The notes under the pieces are model-generated. The model was not told where the DNA came from. It saw only the letters and a list, made by a program, of their open reading frames with translations, and did not search any database. The translations under genes were made by a program, and so were the position numbers. From positions 1-64,000 of the forward strand of contig CDMY01000262.1 in NCBI GenBank assembly GCA_001179505.1: a DNA stretch of 64,000 nt. Direction: 5' to 3'. Shown here piece after piece: positions 36,301-48,589 of this stretch (position 1 is the first letter of the stretch; every line of letters begins with the position of its first letter). This DNA comes from Vitrella brassicaformis CCMP3155 (Eukaryota > Protista > Chromerida).

Positions 36301-37507
36301 GACGCCACCGAGAGACTCAAACTCACACACGTCCCCAGCGACTTGTAAGCATACCAACACGCGCCGCGATGTCTTCTGCTGTCTGTGTGTATGTGTGTGT
36401 TTGGTGGTTTGGCCAGCCATGAGTTTCTGTGGAGCCACGCCTTCCTGGTGCACGGCCTGCGGCAGAAGCGAGTGGAGATGCGCAGCCGTCGACGAGGCCA
36501 TGTGGTCGTCCATCTGCCCAGACCCGACGACCGCACAGTGACGGTGAGGCGAAGGACAGAACACCCCCCGTCTGTACGGTCGATCGGCCTCTGTGTGTCC
36601 CCAGGGTCTGCGGCACATGCGGACGAGCGACCTCTCCAACGTATTTCGCATTCAACGCTCTAGCGACGGTCGGTTTACTGCATGGATCATGATACGTAGT
36701 CCACTGATTTGTGTGATAAGTTATCACGGGATGGTGATGTGTGCAGTATCGACCCAATCGGACGCCGGCAAGACGTCCACTGATGAACCAAGCGACCAGC
36801 CGGAGCCCTCAGACGTTTCTGCGGGCATCACGTTGCACGACCTGCAGGTCGGTTGACACACACACGACACACTCAACGTGTGAGTCGTCGTCGTATGACC
36901 CTTTGGCCTGCTGCAGGCCAACCTGTGCTATGTGGTGGACGAGCTCGTCACGAGAGAGCAGATGCATCAGGCGGCCCTCAGCCGGACGGTCGACAGCAGC
37001 GATATCGAGAACGCCGACACCGAGGCACTGACAGACCACCGGCAGCATACTGGCGGCTGGCGTGGGCTCTATGAGGCGTTCCGCAAGGCCAAACGGACGC
37101 TCATCGAGGCGGGCAGCCAACCGGTCAGAGAGAGACGCTTAGTCGTCGTCTGCGTGTGTACTTATACCCACCTGTGTCATTTGTCCCACTGTCTGCAGGA
37201 TGCGATTGCGGAGGTGCTCGCGAGCCTCCCGCCCACCGTGGTGGAGACGCCATGTGACGATGCAGCAGAGGACGTGCTGATGAGCAGGGCGTCGTCGCCT
37301 GTCAGTTCGACCCGATCGCCGCTGCAGAGCGATTTCCACACCGCCGCCCTGACACCCCCCTGCCATCTCATCCGTGTCGATTGGCATCGGCTGAGCAGTG
37401 ATGAGAAGGACAGCGTGGACGTGTCAACGTCAGCAGAGGCCGGCTACGATGAGTGCAGTGGCCTGCCTCTCCCACTGGGTGCAGCCGACACTAACGGCTT
37501 GTGGTGA
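27354..37507 (+). CDS. Large receptor-like protein: signal peptide, extracellular LRRs, Cys-rich (GCC2/GCC3-like) repeats, multi-pass TM domain, cytoplasmic tail
   Basis: LRRs (LRVLNIDRCPNISGPLPSAIASL, LHTLELESNTFTGLIP); Cys repeats (CTKCPPGTYS, CEPCTAGS, CRDCLPGLNC, GFVCSRCKAGF); TM block with VGFMYAAYRKNFYYWDFVLVMRRVL. The donor after VPSD(33514) continues only after 36412, so the gene spans the gap region. The 5' join near 27520-27610 needs an intron or frameshift. Confidence 0.7.
33562..33861. other. Assembly gap (300 N)
   Basis: Run of N, same length as the second gap, so a placeholder. Confidence 1.
33862..35426 (+). mobile_element. Non-LTR retrotransposon (LINE) 5' fragment encoding the start of an APE endonuclease
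   Basis: Single open frame ending FLCLNIQDL...YDFLAFIETK...KSGGVAWYT (EEP motifs N, E and GGVA), truncated by the gap; intronless, unlike the neighbouring genes. Confidence 0.78.
34485..34627 (+). repeat. 66-bp tandem repeat (2 copies + partial) inside the LINE ORF
   Basis: Units start at 34485, 34551 and 34617; they encode AFRVHGACWDGRG(S/R)QSKGT(G/W)MG. Confidence 0.92.
35427..35726. other. Assembly gap (300 N)
   Basis: Run of N. Confidence 1.
35727..36390 (+). repeat. 664-bp apparently identical duplicate of 32898-33561
   Basis: Same sequence from tgcctggcgctgcaattc to gtctgtgtgt at a constant offset of 2829; both copies abut gaps. Confidence 0.95.
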
Positions 37508-38963
37508 TCCATATGGCAGAAGCGTCGTAGTCGACGAGTGTTTTCGAATGTAGCAGCTGTATCGTAGGTATCAGGTCGTCTTGTGTGCTTTGGGTGATAC
37601 GGGGCAATGAATACACTCGATCTGTGAGCGAGCGGTACACGCGTCCCTGTACTTGGAGGCCGAACTGCAGTGCCACCTAGCTGATTCCATTGCATCGTAT
37701 GCATCGTTGCCACTGGGTCATATTTCCTCTGTCACCGTACGGCCACACGACGCGTAATCCACGCGTCGGTGTGCCTGGTGGCTGCATACACAGGCAGAGT
37801 AGGATCGGATGTAGTGTACCCTGTATGTCCTTTCATACGTATTATGCGCATGGCTGAGGCACCACCCGACTCATCGACCACACGCACGTATTTGTCACGC
37901 CGTCATTGTCCCTCCGTTTTTGGGGTTGCACTGCGTGTCCGTGGTTTACACGACGTATAAGGGGTATCTTGTTCACATCGTGTGCAGTGTACATCCATTC
38001 GAATGTTCGTCTCGCGCTCAAGCGGAGCGTATGTGAGCACCGGTTCCGTGCGTCATGACTGTGAGTGTGTGTGTGTGTGGCTTCAATCATTGAAGACCCC
38101 GGCTGAGTGAACGAGCTGACAATATACACAATTCAACCATACCATGGCCATGGAGCCGCCAAAACACACAAGCGGTCCATCCATCCATTCATCAATCATC
38201 GGCTATGGGCACACACATACACACGTACGTACGGGTCCGTTGTCGGTCCGTCCGTCTGCACACCCACCCGTGACAACAATGTTCATCCTGCCTACACGTA
38301 CACAAACGCACACACGCACACACGTGTCATGTGAATGCGTATGTAAAGCCCTTCCCTCTCTCCCTCTCTCTCTCTCCCCCCCCCCTTGTATGTGTGTGTG
38401 TATGGGTACCTCTTGGGGCTGTCCTCATTGAGACACGTGCCGACCACCTGATACATGGAGAGACACGGATTGGCACGCTTCAGCGCACACGCTGTGCCAA
38501 GCGCGGAACACGCTACTGCTGAAGGTTTGTTTGAGGTGTGTTTAGCTATTTTAAGTGAGCATCTCGTTTCTGATCAAGATGGTCCTCCTGTCATTATCGA
38601 CAGCCGTCATCTCACTAGTATTGCTATTCGCCACATCACCACCACCACCACTACCACTACTCTCTAGAAAAGGCGCTAGCTGGTTCACCCATACATACGA
38701 TACAAGGCACGTCAATCCGAAGACGAACTCGGAATGCGATATGCGGCAACATTAACAGCAACCATAACACCAACATGGAGCACAAAAGCAAAGCTATCAA
38801 TACATGTCTTGAGCGAGTACCTTCACCCCACTGATCGGTACATGGCGGGAAGAAGGACATGCAGCTACAACTACACACACACGTACGCGACGCAACACCT
38901 TTCTCACGGCATCTCTCAGGGATGCAGCGCGCCGATTGCGCGATCCCGTGCCCGTGCAGTCAG

Positions 38964-39672
38964 CTACTGAGAAACCGTCTCATCACACAGACCACGACAG
39001 CACCGCACCAGCTCAGCGACCAGTAAGATTCCCATGTATACCCACCAGATCAGCATATGACCGGCCAATGCTGACATGCACAGTAGTGGCAGCACGACAC
39101 ACCAGTCTGCCACACGGTACACGGCTTTGCCTGCCGCTTGCAGCGCGTCGCGTGCCTCTGCTTGAAGCGCGGCGTTTGCCTCCTCGAGGTCGTGGTCATG
39201 CTCGCCTTCACGCTCCACAATTTTTACTTCATCAAAGATCCGGAGCAGCATAGCGATCAAAACCCCACCCACCACAGCACAAATGATTATCAAACGGCGC
39301 TCCACAAAAAGATGATCATAGTGGTAGGGAACGTAGCCGAGTAGACCCGGTGTCGTCAGCAAATATCCGATGTGTGCCGGCGAGTAGAAAGTGCCCTTTG
39401 GGTCGTGGGCACCAGATGACTTGGCCACGACGGCCATCCAGTCGGAGTACGAGCCCAGGCATGACCCCCCGAAAAGCGATGCCACGACAAGCACGACGAT
39501 CCAAGCCACAAGGGAAGAATTGTTGGAAATTGTGTAACAAACACCCTTGACGCACACGTCAAGGGAAGAAGGGCCACCACTGAGGAACACTGCAAACAGC
39601 ACCGGCACGAGGTACCACAGCTGATGGGTCAAGATGAGCGTGTAGAAGTCATCGTGGCGGAACTGAAGGCAG
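38964..39672 (-). CDS. Predicted multi-pass membrane protein, 5' exon(s) uncertain
   Basis: Open frame with several hydrophobic segments (LWYLVPVLFAVFL, LVAWIVVLVVASLFGG, LIIICAVVGGVLIAML, LAGHMLIWWVYMGILLV); weak resemblance to LtrA-type motifs (H..ER..III..G; WWxY). Confidence 0.5.
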
Positions 39673-40309
39673 CACAAGAACGAGGAGAAAGGGCACACAA
39701 AGCAAGGATGGTTGGACCCTCTTGTGCGCGTGTTATTCTTATCTCACCCATCTGGTGTCTGGCAGAGAGGCGCGAACGTGACGAGAGGAGTCACCAGATT
39801 CTGGCGTGACAAGGGGGGTCAAGAGGGAACCACGAGCTGCCTCCATATGAAGAAATGTAAGCGATGAATGGATGCCGAGGGGCAAGCGTGATGATGCCCC
39901 CGGACAGCTCGTCGACAGCCTCCTCCTTTCTCTCTTCCCTTTCCCTGTCTTCTCCCCTCCTCTCTCCAGCTCGCCCTCTAAGCTCGCAGGCAGAAGTGGC
40001 AGAAAAATCGGTCGGAAAAATAAAGGCCTCAAATGCCATTCGGGTTGCAATCTTCTTCTCGCATCTGCGGTTCAGCTACTAGCACTCCCGACGCGAAGAT
40101 CTGGAGTTCTGGAGTGACTGCTTCCTCGACAATGATGCAGCAGCTGAGATGGGACTCGTGTCAATGAATGCACCTTCTCATATCATCGCTTTGCGCCGCT
40201 TTTGCTTCCATTTCATTCTCTGCAGGCTGCAGCCGAAGGCTCTCGCCTCTGCGGCTCCTGCGCCATCTGTCGGGCAAGAGGGAGGGTGGAGAGCACCGTC
40301 TGTTGACAG

Positions 40310-43300
40310 ATGGCGTCGACATGCCGCCACAGATCACCGCGGGTCCTCAACGTCGAGCATCGTGTTCGTGCGCAGCAGCCTCCGGTCAAGAGAGTCAAGG
40401 CAGCATCAGCAAAAACCGACAACGCTGCCCCAACCACCCTTCGGACGCCTCAGCGCAATGCAGCGAAGAGGACAGCGCAGCCGTCCTGGTCTTCTCAGCT
40501 CGATGTGCCGGACATCGTCGCTGCCAGTGGGAGAGGAAGGACCAGTTCGACAGCCTCACTTGTGACCGATGTGAACCTCGCCTGGCACAAGAGGGACCCA
40601 CACGAACTCGATGCGCTGTTCGAAAGGGTGCTTGTCTCATTCCCGCTTTTATCGGCTGTCGATTTGGCGACTACGGCTCACAACTTCTGCAAAGGCCATG
40701 TCAAGAACCACGCCCTGTGGGTGCGTTTCTTCCGGCAGCTGGCTGCACGAGCAGGTGAGCTGTCAGCCCGAGATGTGTCGCTGATGCTCAACGTGGCGAC
40801 ACGAGTGGGCATCCATCCGCGGCACCTGGACATGACGGAGCCCCTCGGCCCCGAGGACCCGTCACCTCTGCAGCTGCTGGCTGAACAGAGCGCTCGATGT
40901 GCGGGAGAGATGTCCGAACAAGGTGGGTGGGTAACTGGGGACGGATTGACGGCGGCCAGCATCGTGCCTGTCAATGTATGTTTGTCTGCATGTCAGGACT
41001 GGGATTGACCATGAATTCATTATCCAAGATATGGGGGCCCGTGACGGCGAAGAAGGCAGCAGCAGCAACAACAGACGGCAGCAGCGACGAGACTCAGCAT
41101 GATCTCGTGAACAGCCGCCCTGTGCCTGTATGGCTCCACAACGTCCTCGCGACCCTGACGGTCCACATCCACAGCAAGGCCGCTGGCCGTCTGTTCAGCG
41201 CTCCGAATGTGGCCAATGTTCTGCTCAGCTACGGGCGCTTCGGGTACCAGCCCCGTGAGTGCATCGAGGCGGTGATCGGGCTGATTCCGGACGTAATTGG
41301 CGAGATGACGACGCAGAACCTGGCCAATGTGGCCACTGCACTGCCGGTAGGGATGGGCTGGCTGATGGAGGGAGATTGGGAGGCTGGAGTGCGTATGTGC
41401 GTCTGTCTTGTTCTTTCTTTCTTCAGCTGCTGAGTCTGCCGGCATGCAGCCTGCTGCAGACATGTGATTTGATCGAGCAACGTACTGTGGGGCGGCTCGA
41501 CGAGTTTCGCGTGCCGGAGCTGTCAGCCATCAGTAAGCCAGCCAGGAGCCTCCGCCACCACAGAACCGTTAAGTTGTTTCTCCCTCCTCCTTTCTTTTTG
41601 CAGCTTTGTCGCTGACGCGTCTTCGTGTGGCCGCCGTTGGCTCGTCTGACCCCTCGGGCCCCTCCCCTAGCGACCTCCTGGACAGCCTAGCGCGCCACAT
41701 CCCTCCCCGAGTGCGTGAAGGAGGGCTGAGTGCAGCTGATCTGACCATCCTGGCGTCCACGCTGTCGCAAGCCACACAGGAGATCGGACATGGGAGGTGG
41801 AGGGGCTCCAAGGGCGACCAGCGGCTGCAGGCAAAGGCGTACGCGGCCATCGCCGATGGGATCTTCAATATGTGAGCAGTGTTAAAGGGCCAAACAACGA
41901 AGCAATGCCCCGCCGTGTTTCCGCCTTTTCCTGTCTGACCAGGTGTGGTGACGGTATGTCTCATCTGAGCCTGCAGCACCTGTCTGTGTTGGTCAATGCC
42001 TTCGCCAAGGGCGCGCTGACCAACCCATCCTACCACCGGAGCTTCTCAGGCCATGCTGACAGCCAGGCACCCATCCGATTTCTCACCCCGGTGGCAACGC
42101 GTCTTCGTCAGCTGCTACCCTCCCTGCCCCAGCCGCCTGATCCATCGAATCGGCCCCTGTCGTCAGCGTCGTCTCGCGACATTCGTGCCACGTGTCGGCA
42201 TCTGGCGATTCTGCTGTCGGGGTGGGCCAAGATCTTCGGGGAACTGGAGAGTGACGACGACAGGCAAAACGATGGGATGTCGTCATTTGGCATCGGGGAA
42301 TGGGTCGAGCCTGGGCTGGTGGAAGATCTCGCGACTGAGGTGAGTGGGGAGGGATGGGCAGCAGCACAGGGACGGATGGATGGATGGAGACCGTCTTTTC
42401 TTCGGTGTTCAGGTGGCGGCGCGTGTGGACTTCTTCTCGCCGCTTCATTTGGCGATGGCACTCAACTCATTGGACCTGCTGCAAGTGAGCCAGAACGCAT
42501 CGGACTTGCAGTGACCCCACATGGATGGATGGATGGATGCCGCTTACTGCAGGCGTTGCCATCGCCATTGGCCTCGGCGGCTGCTGTGCGTGGCAGCGGG
42601 TGGCTGGACAGAAGCCTCGCAGACGCAAAGGATGCCCACTCGACCTCAGGTTGGTCCTAGGGCACAAAGCAGCTTTGTTGTCTCCTTGGAATGATATGTG
42701 ATTGAATCCTTTTTTTCTGATCGTGTGCAGAGCTTGGCGACATGTGTCTGCTGCTGGGGATGGCCCTCACCAACTCAGACGGACAGGTGCAATGCTACAC
42801 AAGCACGCCCACATGCCCAAGCCCCGGCTGCCTCATCGAGCGATCATCTTTGTGCTTGGTGCAGCATCTCCATTTCTTCCATCGCCTAAGTGCCTTCATC
42901 CACGCCAACCTCAGCACCATCCCGCCCCGCGCCACGACATTCCTTCTGTCACTGCTGTCCAAGAACAGCCCGCTGATCCTACCTATTACAAACCCAGCCG
43001 CTGCAGCCCCCATCGGTGAAGACGGCCGAGTGTTGGACAGCAGCAGCTATGGCCCCATCACTGCCGCGAGAGATCGTGAGGCTTTCGACGACAGTCGTGT
43101 GTTTGTGGGGCGGGTGGTGGATGTGATACTGATGTCGAGTGGTGGTGGTGGTGGTGTTGATAGGGAGAGGGCGGATGGGAGTGTGGATGACCCTGCGTTG
43201 GGGCAGAAGGGCAGCCATCGGCTGCCGCCCCCCATGGAGCAGGTCGGGCCCATCAGGCCTCTGCATTTGTCGGTAGGAAGACGCAAAAATGACGACACTG

Positions 43301-43930
43301 TCGTGGAAGGGGCACAAGGGTTATCGAGGTTTGTCGGCGCCGTCCTTTGTTGTGTGTGTGCAGAACTTGTTGATAACCTTCACACAGCTGGACCTGCCTG
43401 AGTACTCGGTGAAGCTCATGTTCCAGCTGCCCCACTCGGCCTTCCACAGCAGAGGCATCCAGGTACGTACGAACCAACAAAGCACCATATTCGTCTCTTT
43501 TGTGTATCGCCTGTCTGTCGACTGCCTCCTCTAGAATTTGAGCCTCCTGCTGCTGAATTCGGTGCTGTATGCCCTCGCCAGCACCGCAGCGGCCTTCACC
43601 TCGCCAATGCCGCCATCGCCGACCCCTGGCATCCGCTGTCGCTTCCCTCGTTTCACGAAAACGGCCCTGGGACTCTTCCTGGACCGCTACAAAGCGAATG
43701 GTGCCGATGCCAGCAATGGTGGCAGTGGCTGGAGTGTTGAGAGGAACAGGGGGGAGAGTGAGGACGAGTCAGCCTTATCGGGGTTTTCCGTCTGCCTGCA
43801 CACACTGGTGTTGTTGGGGCCCTTGTTGGACAGGCCAGGCCATTTGTGTGAGGGGTTAGGTCTGAGAGCTCTGCAGCTGCAGAGTTTGGTTGGGGCGAAT
43901 GAGCTGATAAGTCGGCAGCAAGAGGGATAG
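40310..43930 (+). CDS. Helical-repeat (HPR/OPR/FASTK-like) putative organellar RNA-binding protein
   Basis: Multi-exon; recurring helical units LSAVDLATTAHNFCKG, LSARDVSLMLNVATRVG, FSAPNVANVLLSYGRFG, MTTQNLANVATAL, FRVPELSAI, LSAADLTILASTLS, LSLQHLSVLVNAFAKG. The true start is uncertain and no clear RAP domain was seen. Confidence 0.6.
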
Positions 43931-44426
43931 ATAGATCGGGGTAGACGGGGGATGGATGGGCAAGGTGTGCGCGCTGTTTGTCGTTTGTTGATGCGAACAT
44001 ACCATGAGCAAGGGAGGGACTGACGCATGTTCCTTTCATTGTATGCAGTAAACAAGGTCGTTGGTGCATCATCAAGACCATGAAGACAAGACAGCGACAC
44101 CAGAGCAACGGCCGTGCCATCGCCTTCTCCGCCCCTCGGCGGCCACCCCCTCGTTCTTCATTTGACAGCATCCTATCTGTCTGTCTGTCTAAGGTCACGT
44201 CTAGCAGCCCTAGTATGTATACATCTGCCGTGTGCTGCCCATCTCGCCCACTATCGCCCCGACGTGACCGACCGAATTTGAGATGACGGGATTAGACCCC
44301 ATCTCACAGACGGCCAAGTTGGAAGAGCTAGTGGAAGAAACGCAACTTGTGCGGCCCCAGGCAACACCACATGTCTCATTGGTAGACATACACACCTCTC
44401 TCCCGCGTCCCATGCCCATGACAGTG

Positions 44427-45855
44427 TCACCCCTTGTGTCGCTTCGCCTGTGGCTCCCCCTCCTCATGCTGGCCCGACACATCAGCACCCACCCTCGGCG
44501 GCGTCCCAGACCAGCCACCGCCACCAACAGACCCAGCAGACACAGACAAAAGCGACGAGGGAGGCGTCACAACACCATATCCCCCTGGCCGCGGCGGCAG
44601 GGGCCTCTTCTGCGCCGTGCCGGCTGTGAGCAGGAGGGTCCTCGATTGTGGTATGATGGGTCCGCCGAGAGTCCATGGGATGTCGGTGGGTGGCTGGGGA
44701 GTGCGGACGGTCGTCCACATGTCCGGGGGCAGCGGGTGGGCCTCAATGATGGACGGCCGGCCGCCCTTGGGAGGAGCCTTCGGCAGCACACTGACGGACG
44801 CACACACAGTTTGAAGAGACGGAGTGTGCTTCGGGAGACTCGTGGATGCTGTGCTGTGCTGTGCTGTGTGTTGATGAACGCACCTTGTCGAGATGCCATT
44901 CCGGCACTTGCTGGCAGCCTCACTGCTCATGAACTCCACATAGGCGTGCCTGATACACACACATAGATCCATCCGCGTGTTGGTGCCCTCTTATCTCAGT
45001 TTCAGTTTCCCACCCTGTGGCCTTTCCTGTGGTGGGGTATTCGAGCATCCTGATGGTTCGCACAGTGCCGTACTCCTCCAGACGCTCGCGCAACTCAACG
45101 TCATTCACCCACTGACGACAAATAAACCCGACAACCACACGTGTTAGGTACCTAACCTGCCTGTCCTGCGCATTGCCTACCCATGCCAGGCCCGATATCA
45201 AGACAGCCTGATCGGCCGACGGCTCTTCACCGCTCGTCGACTCTCGCGTCTCGGGAGGAGCAGTCAGGAACAAAGCAACCGCTGCACACAGCACATCAGA
45301 GAACACGGCAACAACCCCCTTCTCTCGCCGCCGCTTTGGATGCCCCCACCCCTTGTTTCCGTTCTTACGTCTTCGCTTGAAGGCGGGTTCCGTCGGCTTG
45401 GCGTGCCAGTGTCCTCTCCGCCCTCTCCCCCCTCCCATGACCATCGACGACGGGGCGCCGCCCTTGGCTCCCCGACCAGCAGCAGCAGATGTGCCTCCAG
45501 CCGCTGCAGCTTTTGGCTGCGCATGACCGGCACTCCGCCTGGCAGCCACTGCCGATGCCGAGGTGTCGACGTCTGCGAGGATTTCAACATTTTCGTCATC
45601 GATGTTCTCGGGAGCGGGTGTGTCTGTCTTGGCCCTGCTGTCGGCGCGTGTCGAGTCGTCTTGTCTGGTAACCGACGAGCTGGAGGGCGTCCTCTGGGGG
45701 GTCACCTGAGCGTCGGACTGACACCAGACAGACACCGGCATGCAGCGAGGAGAAACATTGCCTTTGTGTCAGGTGAGAGGGCGTTGTGTAGTCACCTGTG
45801 CCGCTTCCGCGCCGATACCGAGGTCGCCATAGATGTCAAACTCCTCCTCAGCCAT
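44427..45855 (-). CDS. CPSF6: Cleavage factor Im 68-kDa subunit-like RRM protein
   Basis: Starts MAEEEFDIYGDL; spliced RRM VLISGLAW|WVNDVELRERLEEYGTVRTIRMLEYPTTGKATG|HAYVEF matches the CFIm68 'L.WWT.D...E...GKSKGY..VEF' pattern; Pro-rich tail. Confidence 0.7.
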
Positions 45856-46724
45856 CACACACTCACTAACAATGCGTCAGAGGCTCAGGCCACGATCGTC
45901 AACGGAGCAAATCAGCACATGAAGCACAGCTTCGTTTGCAGGTCCAACCGGCTCAGGCAACGGGCGTTTTCTTCCACGAAAGGAAGCGCGAGCTGTGCTG
46001 CGAGCTTGAAGCCAAACAGAGGAAGATGTTCCTGAGATCTGTGCGTGTCTGTTGCGTGAGATCTGTGCAGACACGTGAAGCATTGGACGACGGCCGATGA
46101 AATCGATGATGTCCGAGTTGCTGGCAGCACGAAGCGCAGCGCGTCGACGGCTCGGCTGCAGAAGGTATGGAATCATGACACAATAACAGAGAGGCGCAAT
46201 GTCATCCATGCCATGCTGCATGCATGGGGAAACGATTGCTGTCTTTTGTTGGTTGTCAGATCATAACGACATGAGTGGCAGTGATCACTCAACGGTGGGC
46301 GGGCTCTGCCGACAGATTTCGTTTGTCAGGCGGACAGGGCAGGGCACAGAGCAGCAGCTCACGGATGCAGCCGCTGATCTGGCCAGATGATGAATGGAAC
46401 GTCGCGCTTCCTCCACGCTTCCTCGGTGTGTGTCGCTGACGGTGAGAAGATATCACACGCTCGGGACCGTGAACTGTCGACACGATGTCGACATGCGAAG
46501 AAGACTCTCAACATATCGTATAGGTGAGCACACCAGCAGCGGAAACACAACACACCTTCTCTGTGGGAGGGGTGTGTGTGTGTGTTGGTGGTGAGTGTGT
46601 GTAGGATTGTGTTAGCTGTCCACCAGCTCGACGAAATATAGTGGCGTCAAGGTGGTAAGTGACCGACGCACCGAGCGGCACGGAGAGGCGACAAAGTTTA
46701 TCTGTCGGCGTGCAGGGTTTAGTG

Positions 46725-48479
46725 ATGTCTGCCGCCGCTCCAGCCAGCGACCAGCAGCAGCAGCAGCAGCAGACGTATGTGATAGAGAACGTCGAGGTCC
46801 GCTTCCCGCCCGGCAGCAATGCGCCGACCAAACGGCTCGTCCGGAGCACCATGCGGCGCACCATTACGCCTGACGGCGTGAGGCGGCTCATCCGCAGAGG
46901 GGCCGACCCACGAGTGGTCGTTGAGCTGTTGTGGCCGCGTGGGCCCGCTGGCCGTCACGTCCTGGATGTGTGTGTGCTGTCGCTGGCCATCGACGACTCC
47001 AGCAGGCTATCTGCCCTCGAGGACGCCCTCGACATATGGGTGTTCCCTGACGCGGCGCAACTGGTGCTGCCGCTGTGGCCGTCACGGGCTCGGCAAGAGG
47101 CCGTCCTCATACAACTCATCCGAGCGGGGGCCCGCGTCGATGGGCCACCGGGTGCCCCCACAGACGTCATGAACCTGGGCACTGGCGACGATGAGAAGCG
47201 GACCAGCCACTGTCCCATCCAGATGGCGGTTCGCGCGGCCAACCTGACGGCGGTCAAGGTCTTGACGGCCAACGGGGTTGGGATGAGGGGGCTGACGCTC
47301 CTCTTCGTCCCAGGCAAGGTGCGGCCCAATGACGAATATGAGGCTGCGCTGATGGCCGTCTACACCCATCTCGTGCAGCACGACCCCTGCCTCGCGACAG
47401 AGCTGGGGCCCTGGAGCTACAACGTCATCCATCGAGCCGTGATGAATGGAAAGGGCTATTCCGACGGCTTCACCTTGGCCTTCCTGCAGCTGATGAAGGA
47501 CAATGGAGCCAGCGTCACCCACCGGCACCAGTTCGACTCGTTAGGGCTGGGTGGGGCGGATGCCACGCCGTTGCATGAGGCAGCTCAATACCGCGCGTAT
47601 CCCGCGATCGAGTGGCTGTGCCCCTACCTCACCCCAGCAGACATCAACGCGAGCAGCAGCGCCAACAAGACCCCCCTTGGCCTCGCTGGCGGACAGCTCG
47701 CCAATTTGGTGGGTCACCCCCTCCCGTCCGAGAGACGAGATGAGACGATCAGCGGGATGAAGGGGGCTGTCCGCACGCTGCTGCTGTCGGGTGCGGCCAT
47801 CGACATGGTGCCCACGGCCACCGACAGTGACCGACATGATCGTCGTCTGGTGGACGAGGAGTACGTGCAGCTCCTCGACCAGCTGGCGGATGACGTCATG
47901 GATGCGGTCAACGGTGCCCTCAACCCCCAGCGCGACGTCGCCAACCTGCTGACCCGCCTGCTGCCCCTCGCCCGCCCCAAGCCGTCTGATTCGACTGATG
48001 ACGCCCCTGCCGTCCCATCGCGGCCCTCCCCATTCGCACACAGCAATGAGACGCCCCAGATCGCATGGAAGGTCGGCGCCTTCTTTCACGAGCCAGAGGC
48101 CGTCGACCAGATGCGCCTCACGACCCACACCCCACTGGCTGGCCGCATCAAGGCCGCCATGCAGCACTTCGTCAAGTGCGCGGCGACCAAGACGGCCGGC
48201 AATCGTGAGGTCGTGGGTGTGATGGCCAATGTGGGCGGGAGGGTGGTGCGGGTGCCGCTGCAGTGCTTCGCTGTCAACAGAGGGCAGCATGCACACAGGC
48301 GGCTGGGGCTGCGCGAGGTGGTCCAGAAGGCCCGGCTGGACGAGGCAGCCAGATTTGGGCTGACGGGCGTGGTCAAGGGCTTCAACACCCACCTGGGCAA
48401 TGAGGAATGTCAGTTCGAGTGGCAGCAGCTGGGATGGGTCGACGAGACGGGGAGGTTCCAGCCGCTGGGCATCAGTTAG
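46725..48479 (+). CDS. Lineage-expanded ankyrin-repeat-family protein (single exon)
   Basis: PIQMAVRAANLTAVKVL, TPLHEAAQYRAYPAIEWL, DINA...KTPLGLA; ends WQQLGWVDETGRFQPLGIS*, a C-terminus I associate with the expanded Vitrella ankyrin family. Confidence 0.8.
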   Translation: MSAAAPASDQQQQQQQTYVIENVEVRFPPGSNAPTKRLVRSTMRRTITPDGVRRLIRRGADPRVVVELLWPRGPAGRHVLDVCVLSLAIDDSSRLSALEDALDIWVFPDAAQLVLPLWPSRARQEAVLIQLIRAGARVDGPPGAPTDVMNLGTGDDEKRTSHCPIQMAVRAANLTAVKVLTANGVGMRGLTLLFVPGKVRPNDEYEAALMAVYTHLVQHDPCLATELGPWSYNVIHRAVMNGKGYSDGFTLAFLQLMKDNGASVTHRHQFDSLGLGGADATPLHEAAQYRAYPAIEWLCPYLTPADINASSSANKTPLGLAGGQLANLVGHPLPSERRDETISGMKGAVRTLLLSGAAIDMVPTATDSDRHDRRLVDEEYVQLLDQLADDVMDAVNGALNPQRDVANLLTRLLPLARPKPSDSTDDAPAVPSRPSPFAHSNETPQIAWKVGAFFHEPEAVDQMRLTTHTPLAGRIKAAMQHFVKCAATKTAGNREVVGVMANVGGRVVRVPLQCFAVNRGQHAHRRLGLREVVQKARLDEAARFGLTGVVKGFNTHLGNEECQFEWQQLGWVDETGRFQPLGIS

Positions 48480-48589
48480 CTGAGGAGGGGCAGCACAGGG
48501 CCGTGTAGCACATAAGGGGGGGAAGAGGAAGGGATGGCGGTGTGTGTAGACTGGGTGGCTGTCCGCTGGATGAAGCTGTCCGCGGGGGT

